Shown here: one piece after another, positions 26,205-39,569 of the stretch | Layout: every line of letters begins with the position of its first letter | Position numbering within the stretch: the first letter of the stretch is position 1 | From: Octopus vulgaris | Taxonomy: Eukaryota | NCBI GenBank assembly: GCA_951406725.2 | Contig: OX597829.1 | Span: 38,130,001-38,194,000, forward strand | Direction of reading: 5' to 3' | DNA length: 64,000 nucleotides | Translations under genes and position numbers: made by a program | The notes under the pieces: model-generated | What the model was told of the DNA's origin: nothing | The model's input: only the letters and a program-made list of their open reading frames with translations | Database searches by the model: none

Positions 26205-26795
26205 CCACAGAGGCACTAAAATGCAGCGCCCAAGAACAAGCCTTGAGAACTAAATACACCAGGTTCCAAATAGATAAGAGCCCCTCTGTAGGATGCATGG
26301 CAGCAAAAAATAAAATAATTTCACATATTGTGAGTGATACAATCCAATGTTACTCCCTTAACTGATGCTCGGAGAATAGACATTGCTGTAATGAATAAAA
26401 GGAACAAGGAAACGAAGATTATAGATATTGCCATACCTGGAGACGCATGTACAGGTGACGAAGAGCTGTAAAAGACGGAAAAATACGGACTAGGAAACTG
26501 CAAGAATGTGAGCAATGAAGAGAGTAGCTGTCATCCCAATAGCTGCCAGGGTATCGGGAGCGCTAACAACCAAGTTTGAGAAATATGTCAGAGAAATTGG
26601 AATTGACATGAGGGTAGAACATGCTCAAAAGAACTGCTCTATTAGGCACAGCAAGGATTCTGAGATTGATACTTGGGTGTTAAGTATCTGGGAAGAGACA
26701 CTGCGAGACCCTTGACAACAAGTTGCAGTCCGCTCTTGCAGAATTAACCGGAGAAAGTAAAATCGAGAGATCTGACAAGTAAAATAATAATAATG
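26205..26795 (+). mobile_element. R4/Dong-like LINE 3' fragment with REL endonuclease remnant
   Basis: AQEQALRTKY, ISHIVS, RRIDIAVMNKRNKETKIIDIAIPGD and VIPI..GAL. Ends in AATAATAATAAT. Confidence 0.75.
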
Positions 26796-26981
26796 ACTTT
26801 TCGAATTTTGGTAGTAAGCCAGGAATTTTAGAAGGGCGTTAGCCAATTCCATCGACACCAGCGTTTGACTGGTACTTCATTTTATCCATTGCAGAGGAAT
26901 GCAAGGTAATGTTTTTTACACCTGCGTGTTTTGAACTTGGAACGTAGAGAGTCTGAACAGGTGCCGCAATGTCGTAACACC

Positions 26982-27214
26982 TATTTCTTTATTACCCACA
27001 AGGGGCTAAACACAGAGGGGACAAGCAAGGACAGACAAACGGATTAAATCGATTACATCGACCTCAGTGCGTAACTGGTACTTAATTTATCGACCCCGAA
27101 AGGATGAAAGGCAAAGTCGACTTCGGCGGAATTTGAACTCAGAACGTAACGGCAGACGAAATACGGCTACGCATTTCGCCCGGCATGCTAACGTTTCTGC
27201 CAGCTCGCCGCCTT
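26982..27214 (-). mobile_element. SINE S1 full-length copy
   Basis: Reverse complement of S1. Confidence 0.9.
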
Positions 27215-27879
27215 AAACATAGACACTACACCACCCACCATCACCCACCCACGACGACGACGATAATAGCAACAACAAAAACAACAGCTACAGCGACCAG
27301 AAGAAAATTTAACAAGAACACAACCATGTCTCTTTAGAACAATAAATTCTGATTGAGAAAACATAGTCACATTTTGTGGGTGGTGCAGAGTCGATTATAT
27401 CGCATCAAGTACCTCACGGGTATTTATTTTATCGACCCACGAAGGACAGAAAGTAAAGAAGAGTGAAGAATATAAATATTTATATGAATTGTAAGATGGC
27501 GTGGCGAAACCGAATGAAAACAAAAAATAAATTGGCGAGGAATCGAAGAGAAGATTTAGGAATATCTTAGAAGCAAACTTAAGTAAGAGGAACACTCTAT
27601 TAAAGAAATCAATACCTGGGTATTATCAATATTTTTATAATCTGCAGACTTCCTTCGGTGGACAAAAATATTGATTAGGATGAAATGGATAGATGCACCA
27701 GAATGTTATTAAATATGTGCAAGATAACACAACGTGTTTGGTAGACTGTAAAAACCAAAAAAAAGAGAGAGACAGGGGGGGGGAGGAACAGGAGCGAAAA
27801 AGAAGGAAAAAGAGGAGTGAAGGAGAGGGAAAAGAGGGCTCGAGAAAAAGAGAGGGGGAGAAAAAGGAGAGAGAAAGGT

Positions 27880-27920
<41 letters not shown>

Positions 27921-28489
27921 AGTGAGAGAGCAGGGCAATGGAGAGAAAGATAGGGGAGTAGTGAGAGAATGCTTACATTTAGTAGACAATACAGATGGCA
28001 GTTATAGAATTATAGGACTGTGGAAGTATGTTAAGAAAATAAAAGAGAATCGTATATGTATAGTTATTAAATACAATCACTTGGTCATTGGGTGCCTTTA
28101 GGCACGCAAGCTTTCAAACTTTCGGGCCCCGTCTGAAAATTCTCTGGTATGAGAATAATTTCTTCTCTCCTTTCCTTCCTCCTCCTCTTCTTTCCATTAG
28201 ATTCAACAGCCTTGAAAAGAAACTTGGTCGTTGCATTGCCCATCTCTGACTAAGCGACAAACGTAAGTGAAGAATGTCATGGATTAGGAAACGAAATATT
28301 ACAAGCAACAAGGAAATAAAACGAAAGGAAAACTTGGGAGAAGAGGAATCACACATGATTTGTCATTCAAAGACAGGTTTAACTGAAAGGGAAGGTGTAG
28401 GAAGGAAGATACCCTGTTACAATAATACGAAAAAGGAAGAAAGAGAAATAATTCTTTAGTACAAAATGTAAAAGAACTTGTTAATGAAT

Positions 28490-29480
28490 TATCAAGTGAA
28501 CAAGAGTTTTTTCCAGTTGAAAGACAGTATTAAGACAACCTTCAATGCGTCATCATTCTAAGGACTGGCACCTCATAGATTACATTTGCTGTGTCAGAGA
28601 GACGTCTGGGATGTCTTACAGAACTGATTAATTCTGAGAGTGGCGAAGCTGTATTGTCTGGTACAAAACTTAGTCTTTATTCCAAATACAAGACAAAGAA
28701 AGGAAGCATTTCATGGAAGACATTTCAAGTTGGGAAGCTGCAGTCTGACAAAGATTTAAAGCCAAATTTTCGGCTAAGGCTTGTAAACTCTAACTTCCCT
28801 ACAGATTCCTCTTTCGGAAGTGCTTTGGAAATACTTAAAATCACTGTACTGTAGTCCTGTGAAGAAGATCCAGAATTTTCTAGAGAGATCGAGCAAAGAC
28901 TGGTTCAATGAAAACAGCCTGGAGATCCAGGAGTTAATATCTGGCATGAGTTTCACCCAACAGAAATACCTTGCTCAGTTTTCTTGTGTTATGGAAGCAG
29001 CATTCTGCTTTGCGTGCAGCGAGCTTCAGTGTAGATTTTGTGGTTTTCAAAGCGTGTAACGGACCAACCTTACGAAGAGAATATAGTTTTGTGAAGACAC
29101 TGGTGAATGCAAAGAGTCTCATGAGATTTTAGATATGGTATATTGCTCTTCCAACAAAGTTCAGAGTCCCTTATGTAGTGCAGAGAGATACATAAGGTGT
29201 CCACCCCACATCAGTGGTCAGAGCATTTCCTGACTCTTCAGTAATATATATATGATGCATGAGCTTAATAATTCATCGTATCCTACAAAAGCTGGATGAA
29301 ATTCCAAGTACAGAAGGGAGTACCATGCTTCAAACCATCTGAAAAGGGAAAAGGTAGTAGGAGTTGGAATTTCACCAGAGATTTGGAAAAAAGGGGAACA
29401 ACCGTTGCACACTTTCTTGCTGGAAACAGAGCAGGAAACCTCTGTGTAAAAGAGGCGAAAATTGGGATCAGGCGTAACTT
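28490..29480 (+). mobile_element. RTE-clade LINE relic (end of endonuclease and linker)
   Basis: WHLIDYI and KDWFNENSLEIQELI motifs, with many frameshifts. Confidence 0.65.
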
Positions 29481-29535
29481 ACCTGCCATATTTTAATGTA
29501 ACTGTTTACGACATTGCTCAATGGATATAAATATG

Positions 29536-29569
<34 letters not shown>

Positions 29570-29659
29570 GTACCGAATTACACCGAATTTATATAATGAT
29601 GATATTCCTGATGATAATAATGATGGTAATAACGACTATGATGATGATGATGATGATGG

Positions 29660-29690
<31 letters not shown>

Positions 29691-29764
29691 ACCAACAACA
29701 ACAACGAAGATACAAAAAAACAAATGATGATATAGTTCTATATTTAAGAGATGAGGAATCACGT

Positions 29765-29925
29765 ACATTATTTACATTATTTACATTTGACGGATATTTG
29801 TCCTCATCTTGTTTGTTGTTAACACAACGTTTCAGCTGATATACCCTCCAGCCTTCATCAGGTGTCTTGGGGAAATCTCGAACCTGGGTTCTCATTCCTA
29901 AGGTATTTTTCCACGCTGTTGCTGA

Positions 29926-29959
<34 letters not shown>

Positions 29960-29964
29960 ATTAC

Positions 29965-30035
<71 letters not shown>

Positions 30036-30073
30036 TCACTGCCTTGAATCGAACTCGAAATCTTGGAGTTGAA

Positions 30074-30126
<53 letters not shown>

Positions 30127-30340
30127 AAAAATTAATGATAATAATAATAACAACAACAACAACAACATCGAAAAATACCTTAGAATGAGGTTCGAAATTT
30201 CCCCAAGATACCTGATAAATGCTGGAGGGTATATCAGCCGAAACGTTCCGAAACGTTGTGTTAATAACAAACAAGATGAGGACAAATATCCGTCAAATGT
30301 AAATAATGTAAATAATGTAAGCAATGTAAATAATGTAAAT
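29765..30340 (-). mobile_element. Hammerhead-tailed palindromic element P1, copy 2
   Basis: Inverted arms at about 29765-29912 and 30168-30340. The spacer holds microsatellites and a B-box fragment (reverse complement GAATCGAACTC at 30046-30056). Confidence 0.8.
29821..29866 (-). ncRNA. Minimal (Penelope-type) hammerhead ribozyme motif
   Basis: Minus strand reads GACAC-CTGATGA-A-GGCTG gagggtatat CAGCT-GAAA-CGTT-GTGTT. The CUGANGA and GAAA cores are intact, stems I and II pair, and helix III is palindromic. Confidence 0.7.
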
Positions 30341-30342
30341 GA

Positions 30343-30396
<54 letters not shown>

Positions 30397-30779
30397 TAAA
30401 AATGAAATATGCATTTTACATGGACGTAAGAATATGTTTCGTATAGGAACACTGCGTTTATTATCAAGAAAACTAGCTGACGTTGTTCCACAAAGTCACC
30501 AATACAAAATGAAAACGTTGCGAAAACTAAACCATGTCGAAATGTTAAACATTAGTGTATATTTGTGTGTTAAACGCCACAGGAAGATGTCCCCTGATTA
30601 CAGAACTAATGTAATGCGTCTCGCTCAACGATTGCTAGTTTCCAAATCCAAATTCATTTCTGTTGTAGAGTTAAACTACTATAGATAAATATTTGTTGAA
30701 ATATGCTCACACAGAGGTGTTAATAGAATCTGTCAGCTATCAAGGTGGAATAATGGATGCGTGTCTTATTTTCAAAAGG

Positions 30780-30824
<45 letters not shown>

Positions 30825-30981
30825 TTCTCTCTCTCTCTCCCCCCTCTCTCTGTCTTCAATTTCCTTTTCTTCTCTCTTTTTCAGCATATTGATACGGAAC
30901 ATTGAATCGTGCCATAAGACAAAGCTTTCAGCAATCGAATTATCGACTCGTGCGATCGAAGTGTTTGAAACGCTTCCAAAC

Positions 30982-31228
30982 CACCACCAACGCCGCCGCC
31001 ACCACCACCACCACCACCACCACCACCACCACCACCACCACCACCACCACCACCACCACCACCAACACCACCACCACTACCACCACCACCACCACCACCA
31101 CCACCACCACCACCACCACCACCACCACCACCACCACCACCACCACCACCACCACCACCACCACCACCACCACCACCACCACCACCACCACCACCACAAC
31201 CACAACCACCGCTGCAACCGCCGCCGCA
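30982..31228. repeat. (CAC)n microsatellite
   Basis: Directly visible. Confidence 0.95.
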
Positions 31229-31680
31229 GTCACTACGGTAGTCTACTAAATATTTTTCTGATACAAGAAAGTTTCATCTGTAGAGTCGTATACTTCTCGT
31301 TTCAACCATTTTTTTTACTTTCAATTCTTTAAACCCCGAAGAATTGAGCTAGACACCTTAAACTACAAAGGCCACACGAGATAAAGAGGAAGCCTCTTGG
31401 TGGTCAGTCGAGTTACAAGAAGTAGCAAACAATCTCAAACAAATCACAGCCGTCCTAAAAAAGGAATACTTAAAAAAAAAAAAAAATGCAGTTTATGGCC
31501 TCTTTTATCTTTTATTTGTTTCAGGCATTCGACTGCAACCATGCTGGGATATCTTCTTGAAGGGTCTTGTCGAAAAGATCACCCCAGTACTTTTTTTTTT
31601 TTAAAGTCTGGTACTTACTCTGTCAGTCTATTTTGCTGAACCGCTTAATTACGGGGAGTAAACAAACCGACACCGGTTAT

Positions 31681-31913
31681 AAGGCGGCGAGCTGGCAGAA
31701 ACGTTAGCACGCCGGGCGAAATGCGTAGCCGTATTTCGTCTGCTGTTACATTCTGAGTTCAAATTCCGCCGAGGTCAACTTTGCCTTTCATCCTTTCGGG
31801 GTCGATAAATTAAGTACCAGTTACGCACTGGGGTCGATGTAATCGACTTAATCCGTTTGTCTGTCCTTGTTTGTCCCCTTTGTGTTTAGCCCCTTGTGGG
31901 TAGTAAAGAAATA
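31681..31913 (+). mobile_element. SINE S1 inserted in an S2 copy (about 31500-31680)
   Basis: Full S1 sequence with GGTTAT on both sides. The left flank matches the S2 tail. Confidence 0.9.
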
Positions 31914-32029
31914 GGTTATCAAGGGGAAGTGAGAGACAGACGCAACACACACACACATACATACACACATGCAGATATATACATATATATATATACATAC
32001 ACACACAAACACACACATATATATACATA

Positions 32030-33112
32030 CGAGGTCTGCTAAAAGAAGTATCGGAAACCGTTGTTATGGTAACGAAATTAAAGTACGTAGAGTACAGCCG
32101 CTTGGCACACATTGACCATGGACTCTGTTGCGCATGCAACTAAGTTATAAAGTTGTTTATAAAAAAAGTGCTTAGAAATAAAGTGTGTAGAATGTGGTCA
32201 CCTTAGAAAGAAGATCAGATTTCAGCTGTGCAGGATCTCCTTGGTTGTGTCGAGGAAAACGAAAAAAATTTTGAAAATGGTCATAACAAGTGACAAATCG
32301 TGGGTCAATGGCTATGAACCCGAAACCAAGGCAAGAATCAAATCCCACTGGAAAGGAACAAAATTTCAAGACATCGCGAGGAAATCCTAGAGAATGCGAT
32401 GCGGCAGCTGCTCGTTATTGCAAAATCTATATATATAAAACTGTAGTTGTGTGAGTGTCTGTCCCCTTCGATTTAGATTCCTAACTACTCCCACATTTTG
32501 CGGTGCAGTTTAACCAAATTCGGGTATCTTATAGTCGTGATTCATATCGAGCCCGTCTGAGTATTAGCGCGCGTCTACGATGATTCTACGATTTTAAAAA
32601 TAATTTAACATCATTTTTTATTCCATTTTAATGCATAATTTTTTCGTGTGTCCATGGCGGCGGAGTTGGCGTCCATGGTCACACCTGCACATGTTTGCTT
32701 CTCCCCCTTCTTCCCTCCCTCGTGAAGCTGTGGGGAAGGGAGTGTAAGGAAATCAACGTCGTAAAGCGTTGTCAAGGAGACCAGCGTTCTTTTAGAACAA
32801 CGACTTCATGGCTTGAAGACACCAAAACAGAAATGGCTAAGAAAGCCCGAATTGGCATCTATAAGGGAAGTAACTCTCTAAAAATACTTATATAGTTATT
32901 TCCCTTACAAACCCGAGCAACGCCGGGCGATACTGCTAGTAAAAAATAAAATAAAAAAGAGTTCCAGGAATCTTTCCATCAAAGGAAACGACACTGGATA
33001 AAGTGTGTGGCTTCAGAATGGGGACTACTTTGAAGGGGATTAAATGACAAATTGATACGAGTTGTAGTTTTCTTTTTATAGCACCAATTCCAATAGTTTT
33101 GAGCAGACCTCG
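32030..33112 (+). mobile_element. Internally deleted mariner element, interrupted by a Helitron
   Basis: TA-flanked TIRs CGAGGTCTGCT... and ...AGCAGACCTCG. Peptide relics TSDKSWVNGYEPETK and WIKCVAS..GDYFEGD* match mariner motifs. Confidence 0.85.
32426..32939 (+). mobile_element. Non-autonomous Helitron H1 (GC-core subtype)
   Basis: A|TCTATATATATAAAA start, hairpin, CTAG|T end. Confidence 0.9.
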
Positions 33113-33165
33113 TATACATATATGCACGCACGCGCGCGCGCACACACACACGCACACAGACACAG

Positions 33166-33201
<36 letters not shown>

Positions 33202-33747
33202 AGTTTCCGTTTATCAAATCCATTCACAAAATGCTTTGCAGCGGGACTGAATCCGGAACCATGTGGCTCGGGAGCAAATTTTTTTACCATACAGCCACGA
33301 TATAAAAAAAAAAGGAAAAACGAAAAAAAAAAACCCCAAACAAAACAAACAAAAAAAACAACAAAAAACAAAAAAAACTAAGATAGACATCATTGGATCA
33401 CAGGTCTGCTTGATCAGGGCTTATTTGGAACCAAACAACACTAGTAATAAATAATCCAATATTATGCATATTTAATGATGATATGCTCTGCGCATGCACC
33501 CATCCACACACAGATATACTGCACACATGAGAATCAGACTCACACCTAGCTTACAACACTCAATGAAACAATACTCAAAATGAATGCCCATTTTGATATG
33601 CAAGGGATTTCATTGCATGTACAATCCATCACACCTCACCACATCCATAATATTCCCAAACACTATTGTAATATTATCAAAGCCACAATGTAATCGTTTT
33701 GATCACGAGTTTGTTTGATCAGGTTTCATCAAGAGCTTTATAAACGA

Positions 33748-34102
33748 CTAGCACTAAGACCCGGCAAGGCCGGGTCATAGTGCTAGTGCATGCATATACA
33801 GCTGCGTGCATGCGCACATACACGCGAGTACTATCCAAATCCCTGACCAATCACATACAGCTAGCTGGCATTCGATTGGCATATCAAGTTTCGGGCATTT
33901 TGATTGGGTTTTGGATAAAAAATTCACAAAAATGTCACTTCTGTTGATTTTTTAATGGCTTTGCGGGGGTGACTGGGGAAATGTAAAGATGTGCACGACC
34001 ACCCTTGGACGGTTTTGAATGACCATAGAAAGTGTGAGACCTCTAACTAAAAAATTGTGGATTTGTATAAGGGACACACACATCCGTTTATATATATATA
34101 GA
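33748..34102 (-). mobile_element. Non-autonomous Helitron, third family
   Basis: Minus strand starts A|TCTATATATATATAAACGG and ends in a GC hairpin followed by GTGCTAG|T. Confidence 0.8.
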
Positions 34103-36766
34103 TGATTGTATTGAGAACAATAATCTAGTCTGCAGACCATCTCTTCGTCACGATCCGGATAAATATAAGCGGACACACACATCCAGACACATATACAATT
34201 ATAACTTTTAGTGAAGCACAGTTCAAGTACAACATCAAATATGAAGCTCGATCTAAAAGAAATAACAGCCAAATGTCCCTCTCAAATATCGCCCAATACT
34301 AACTTGGATAAATAACTACGTTAAATATTAAGAAAATTCTATGAGAAAGTTCCGAACGATGTAACGCTATAGATTCAATCGATGGGAGAACGCGCACTTA
34401 ATCGGGAAGACTTTTGTTGTCACAACATGAACGACAACAACTTCAAATAACTTTAAATCGACAAGATAGTCACGGCTCGCATTAATTTGATTATTGGTTT
34501 ACTTGATCAGCGCTGATCTAGAACTACGCAAAAAGCAAAGATGAACCTAAGCTGTGTCACTCAAACTAGATCTGCATTGTCCATCTTTTCCACCTTCCCT
34601 TCCTTACCACTGCAGTGGTTGCCACCAGGATATACAGGTATACATACGAGTCAACGAAATAGCATCTATATGGTCACCCAAACTAGTGGAAATAACAGCC
34701 AAATTTTTCTCAATTCACTCTCCAACCACCTTTAAAAACTGATGGAGTACATATTCAGGGGTTGCAACGCTATTAGCAACTATATACAAAGCGATAAAAA
34801 ATGACAATGTTAATGGTAATCGCATTTCTAGAAAGCAGAATGCACGCTTCAGGCAAATTACCTGGTATAACGCTTTGTATGGGGTCTAGGTAGCCACAAA
34901 TATACAAGGTAATTTTTTCATGGCTCAAGACAAAAATGTTCCACTATTAATCAAATGTAGTAGTATATTTAAGAAACATACTGTTTACGTTTATATATTT
35001 GTTTTGCGAGATTTTTTATGTGAAATCGTGTGTTGAAACAGATAGTGTTGTATTTAGGAATGGTCATTTTGCCAGTTTAGCCAATAAAAACACACGCACT
35101 ATATATTTGGTGCTACTTTGCTTCAGCGTTATTTATTTTTTATATTAATCTTAATCTTATTTAGGCCAGAGTTCTTTCGTCACACTTCTGTGACTTCTGT
35201 GACGAAAGAACTCTGTTTAATTTGTATATTTTACCACAAGTAACTTAGCCGAGATTTTAGCAATACATAATGCTTGTAAATTAAGAAACTTTGTTGCTAT
35301 GGAATTAAGTAACCCATATTACAATAGTAATAATAAACATCCTTGGGTCGAATGTAATAAAACGTGGATATCTAGTTCAGTTAAGGAAAGCATTTGTATG
35401 ACAAAAATATTCTATCATATGGCGGAATATTCCTAGCTCAACTTCTCATACAGGTAATAGGCGGAATATGAACTGATCTGATGGAAAATGATTTAATGAT
35501 AGACTTAACGAATTATGTGATTGTCGAAACCGTTTAGATTGTCTCTTGAATAATCAATGCCTGAGATAAAACACACAATTTATAAATGTTCGGTAACAAG
35601 CAAATGAAAGTATATATAAGTACTTATGAAACAAGATTTAAATCTAAATATATAATCACAAATCTTTATTTAAACACAGAATAAAGGAAAATGTTAAATC
35701 GTTAAGTAAGTGTATCTGGAGCCTCAGAGAGGTGGATATTAGACACTGTATAGAATGGTCGATAATATATAATGCCCTATCGTATAATGGAAGGTATGTT
35801 AGGCGTAACTTATGCCTCGAGGGGGCGCAACAAATCCTTAAATGCAATTCTAACCTAATAAATGAGGGGGAAGAATTAATGTTACATTATTCACACTTAT
35901 TTGGAAGAACTTTCCCATATAAATATATTACTAATTTTATGATTAGAATAATATTATAATATCATATTATTAGAATAATATTATGATATTATTCTAATAA
36001 AATACCACGTTTGGTCTGCCCCTTTTGGTTTAGTATACACAATACAGTATATATAATTATATTAATTTTAATCCAATTTTCTTAGTTGCCTTTTAGAACA
36101 TATACTTCTTAGGATTAACATTTATTTAATAATCTATATTGTCTACAAATTGACAGTTACTGATTCGATTCTTTAATCAGTGTTTTTATACTGCGTTGTT
36201 TTATTTCTATTCTTTTATTCATTTTATGGAAAGCTATTTTACTTAATTGAAAGTCATCTAACGGTTTATAGTAAGATTAATGGATACTATTTTTATTTAA
36301 TAAATAGTAATTTTCCTTGGTGGTTCTAATTTATTCAGTTTGTCTTTATCTACTTATTGTGCGTACTGAGCGACATCACAGATTAAATTTTAATTCTATC
36401 TTGAAGTGAAGCACAACTGCTAAATGCTATTATACTAAGAAGATTTGACTGGAAGGACTGGTCAATTAAAATGTAGTCAGTCTCATTGAGTTTGATGCCA
36501 TGAACCATATTCCACTTTGATACAATATATACTAATTTTGGCAGAGACATTCTGACATTGAGAAGCAAACAAATAGTACTTAATTCCTATCTTTCTATAG
36601 CATTTTAGTCGATCAAATGAGGGATGGATTAAATATGTATATTGCTATTTGCAATGTGCATCAAATAGTTCTGTCAGTATGCTTGAAACACGTGTAGCGA
36701 ATTAAACCGTTGATGATACAACTTCATTCTTTATATATATGTAAGTATATATATATATGTAGGTAT

Positions 36767-36838
<72 letters not shown>

Positions 36839-36849
36839 TCTATATATGG

Positions 36850-39515
36850 GAAAAAAGTCGAGGTCGAAAATGCTAAAATAATTTTATAAAAAACATTTCA
36901 GTATCGGTTTCGGTCATTGACACTTTTTCAACTGTAAGTATGGAAAACAATTAAATTTTGGAAAAATTAAATGAAGAGTTTTTTAAAAGAATATTTGCAT
37001 AGTATTCAAATACAAGGGACATTTTCCTTGTTTCTGCCTGTCTCTGTCTCTCTTGTTTACTCTTGTGGATTCGAGGTCGTTGTAAATTCTTGACAGGGAA
37101 GAAGAAGAAGAAGAAGAAGTAAAGACGAACAAGAAGAAGAAGAAGTAGAAGAAGAGGAAAAAGAAGAAGAAGAAGAAGAGGAAAAAGAAGAAGAAGAAGA
37201 AGAAGAAGAAGAAGAAGAAGATGAAGAAGAAGAAGAAGAAGAAGAAGGAGAAGAAGAATACGGGAGTGCCATGATAGTAGTAGAATGTTAAATGGTCAAG
37301 TGCCCTGAAAGTGACTTGTTGTGGATGGTAGTTGTGATTGAATTCTTGAGATAACTCTTTTGAATGTTTTGTTTATAATATTTGTGTAGGTGTTATTCTA
37401 AACAACAATAGTGGTAAAGTTAGGAAGGAGGTGGTGGAGAGACAAAAGACGGAGAAGAAAGAGAAAGAGAAGGGAGAATAAGAAGGAATGTAGATGGTAC
37501 GAAAGTAGTAGGATGTTAAATGGTTAAGTGACATAAAAGTGATTCGTTATGGTTTATAGCAGTGATTGGGACTGTTTTTTAATGAATTCTTGGGTATCTC
37601 TTTAATGTATCATTTTTAATATTTGCGTGTGTGTCTCTGTTATCCTAAGGTCGTGGTGAATATGTCGTTTGTTGTAGATGCGTTCAAAAAGGGGTCTGTA
37701 TTTTGTAATAAAGAGAGTCTCTTTACTAATTCGTTGGCTACAGGTTGTATCGTCCCTGAATTGGTAGAGGGGAAAAATTCTGAAGCTTGGATTTTTGTTA
37801 TTGGCGCAAATGTCGATGTGTTGGCTGAATGCTATTTTTCTGTTTTGGGGAATTTAGATCTGGGATCTGTGCAGAGCCATTCTTTTACGTAAATTGTTTT
37901 TTGTTTGGCCTATGTATTGCTCTTGATACCCAGAGCAGGTTAGTGCGTATATTAGGTTCTCCGAAGCACATGTGAAGTTGCTTTTCACTGTGAAACGTTG
38001 TCCCTATTTGAAGGAGAACTCTGATCCCTCAATTAAATTGACGCATATTCCACAGTTGGGTCTTCCGCATTTTCTTACTGACGGCTTCTGTGTTGTTGTT
38101 GAGCGTCTTCGGGCTTGTGTTAGGAGACTTTTCATAGATTTGGGCTGTCTCTTGCTTTTTATGATGGTGTGTTTTTAGAGGATTAAGTTCATTCTGTGGT
38201 CCTTTTTTAGCAGGGGAATGTTTTGAAGGATGGTGTCGAAGGCTTCATTGTTAAGAGGGTTGTGTGTGGAGATGCATGGTAGGGCTTTTGGTTGTAAATC
38301 CTTCTTTAATTTTGATGTGTCTGAGTTCCTGGATGTTGAGTTGGAGGGCACGTTGAAAGCATATGTCAATTAGTGAAGGTGGGTAGTTCCTGGTGATGAG
38401 TGTATCCTTTAGTTCATGTAGTCGTGTGTTTCTGGCGTTTGCATTAGAAACTATAGTACATATACTTTTTGCTAGGTTGAAGGGGATATTCATTATGGTG
38501 TGTCTGGGGTGGCATGTGTTGAACGGTAGATATTGCTTGGAGTCCCTGGGCTTATAGTATATATCTGTTTCTATTACGTTGTTAGATTTCTTAATGAGGA
38601 TGTCAAGGAAGGGAAGTTGTTGATGGCTATATTCCATCGTGAATTGAATGTTTACGTCAAGTCCATTTATAAGTGCTTGGAATTCTTTAAGCCTCTCTAT
38701 ATTTTTATGCCAAAGAATGAAACAGTCATCCATGTGTCTCATCCAGTTTTTTTTTCTATGCAAAGGGAGAATGGGCTGCCGTATTTTCTAGAACATTACA
38801 ATAAAGACTAATTTCAAGATATCCCATGACTAGGTTCGTTAAGGAGGGGGGGGGGCATTCTCATACCCATCGCAGTCCCCGATTTTTGTCGATAGAATTT
38901 GTCTTTGAAGACAAAGTAGTTGTTCTCTAAGAAGAATTTTAGCCCTTCTATCACGAATTCGTTTTTGATGCGATGTGGGAGTTCGTTGGCGTAATTATCT
39001 AGCCAGAATTGAATTGCCTCTATTCCTAGGTTGTGGGGGATATTGGAATAGAGGTTGATTACATCGAAGGACACTAGTAGGTTTTGTTTATTGTTTCAGG
39101 AGCATATTCAGGTCGTCCCTTATATAGCTTTTGACACGCTTGAGGAATGGATTTAAGAAGGTATCTTAAAAGTTACTGAGGCTGTGGGTTTTGCATGCGG
39201 GACCTGCTATTATAGGTCTCAATTTGAGGTCATTAGGAGTAGGGATTTTGATTATTATGTCTGTGGCTATCTTGCATTGAGTTACTTATTTTCTCACTTT
39301 TGTGTATCTTGGAAATATCGTAGAATTGACTGGTTTTACTTTTGAAATTGGTCATATAATCATATTCTTTGTCGGTGAGCCCTTCTCTGTATAGGTTTAA
39401 CATGGATTTTAGGTCTCTCATTATTTTCTGCTGACTGTAGTGTTGTGTCTTTTCATAATATGTTGTGTCTTCCAATATGGATAGTACTAGAGTTATATAG
39501 AAAACCGTGTCCATT
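36850..39515 (-). mobile_element. Penelope-like element relic (RT plus GIY-YIG endonuclease)
   Basis: SFDVINLYSNIP, QKSGTAMG, WMRHMDDCF and LPFLDILI. The GIY-YIG region at about 37860-38070 reads CGRPNCGIC...TCASENLIYALTC...YIGQTKNNLRKRM. Frameshifted. Confidence 0.92.
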
Positions 39516-39569
39516 AAGACAATTGCACACCCTTTATTAGCCTATCTCTATAATTGAACCAAAATAATG

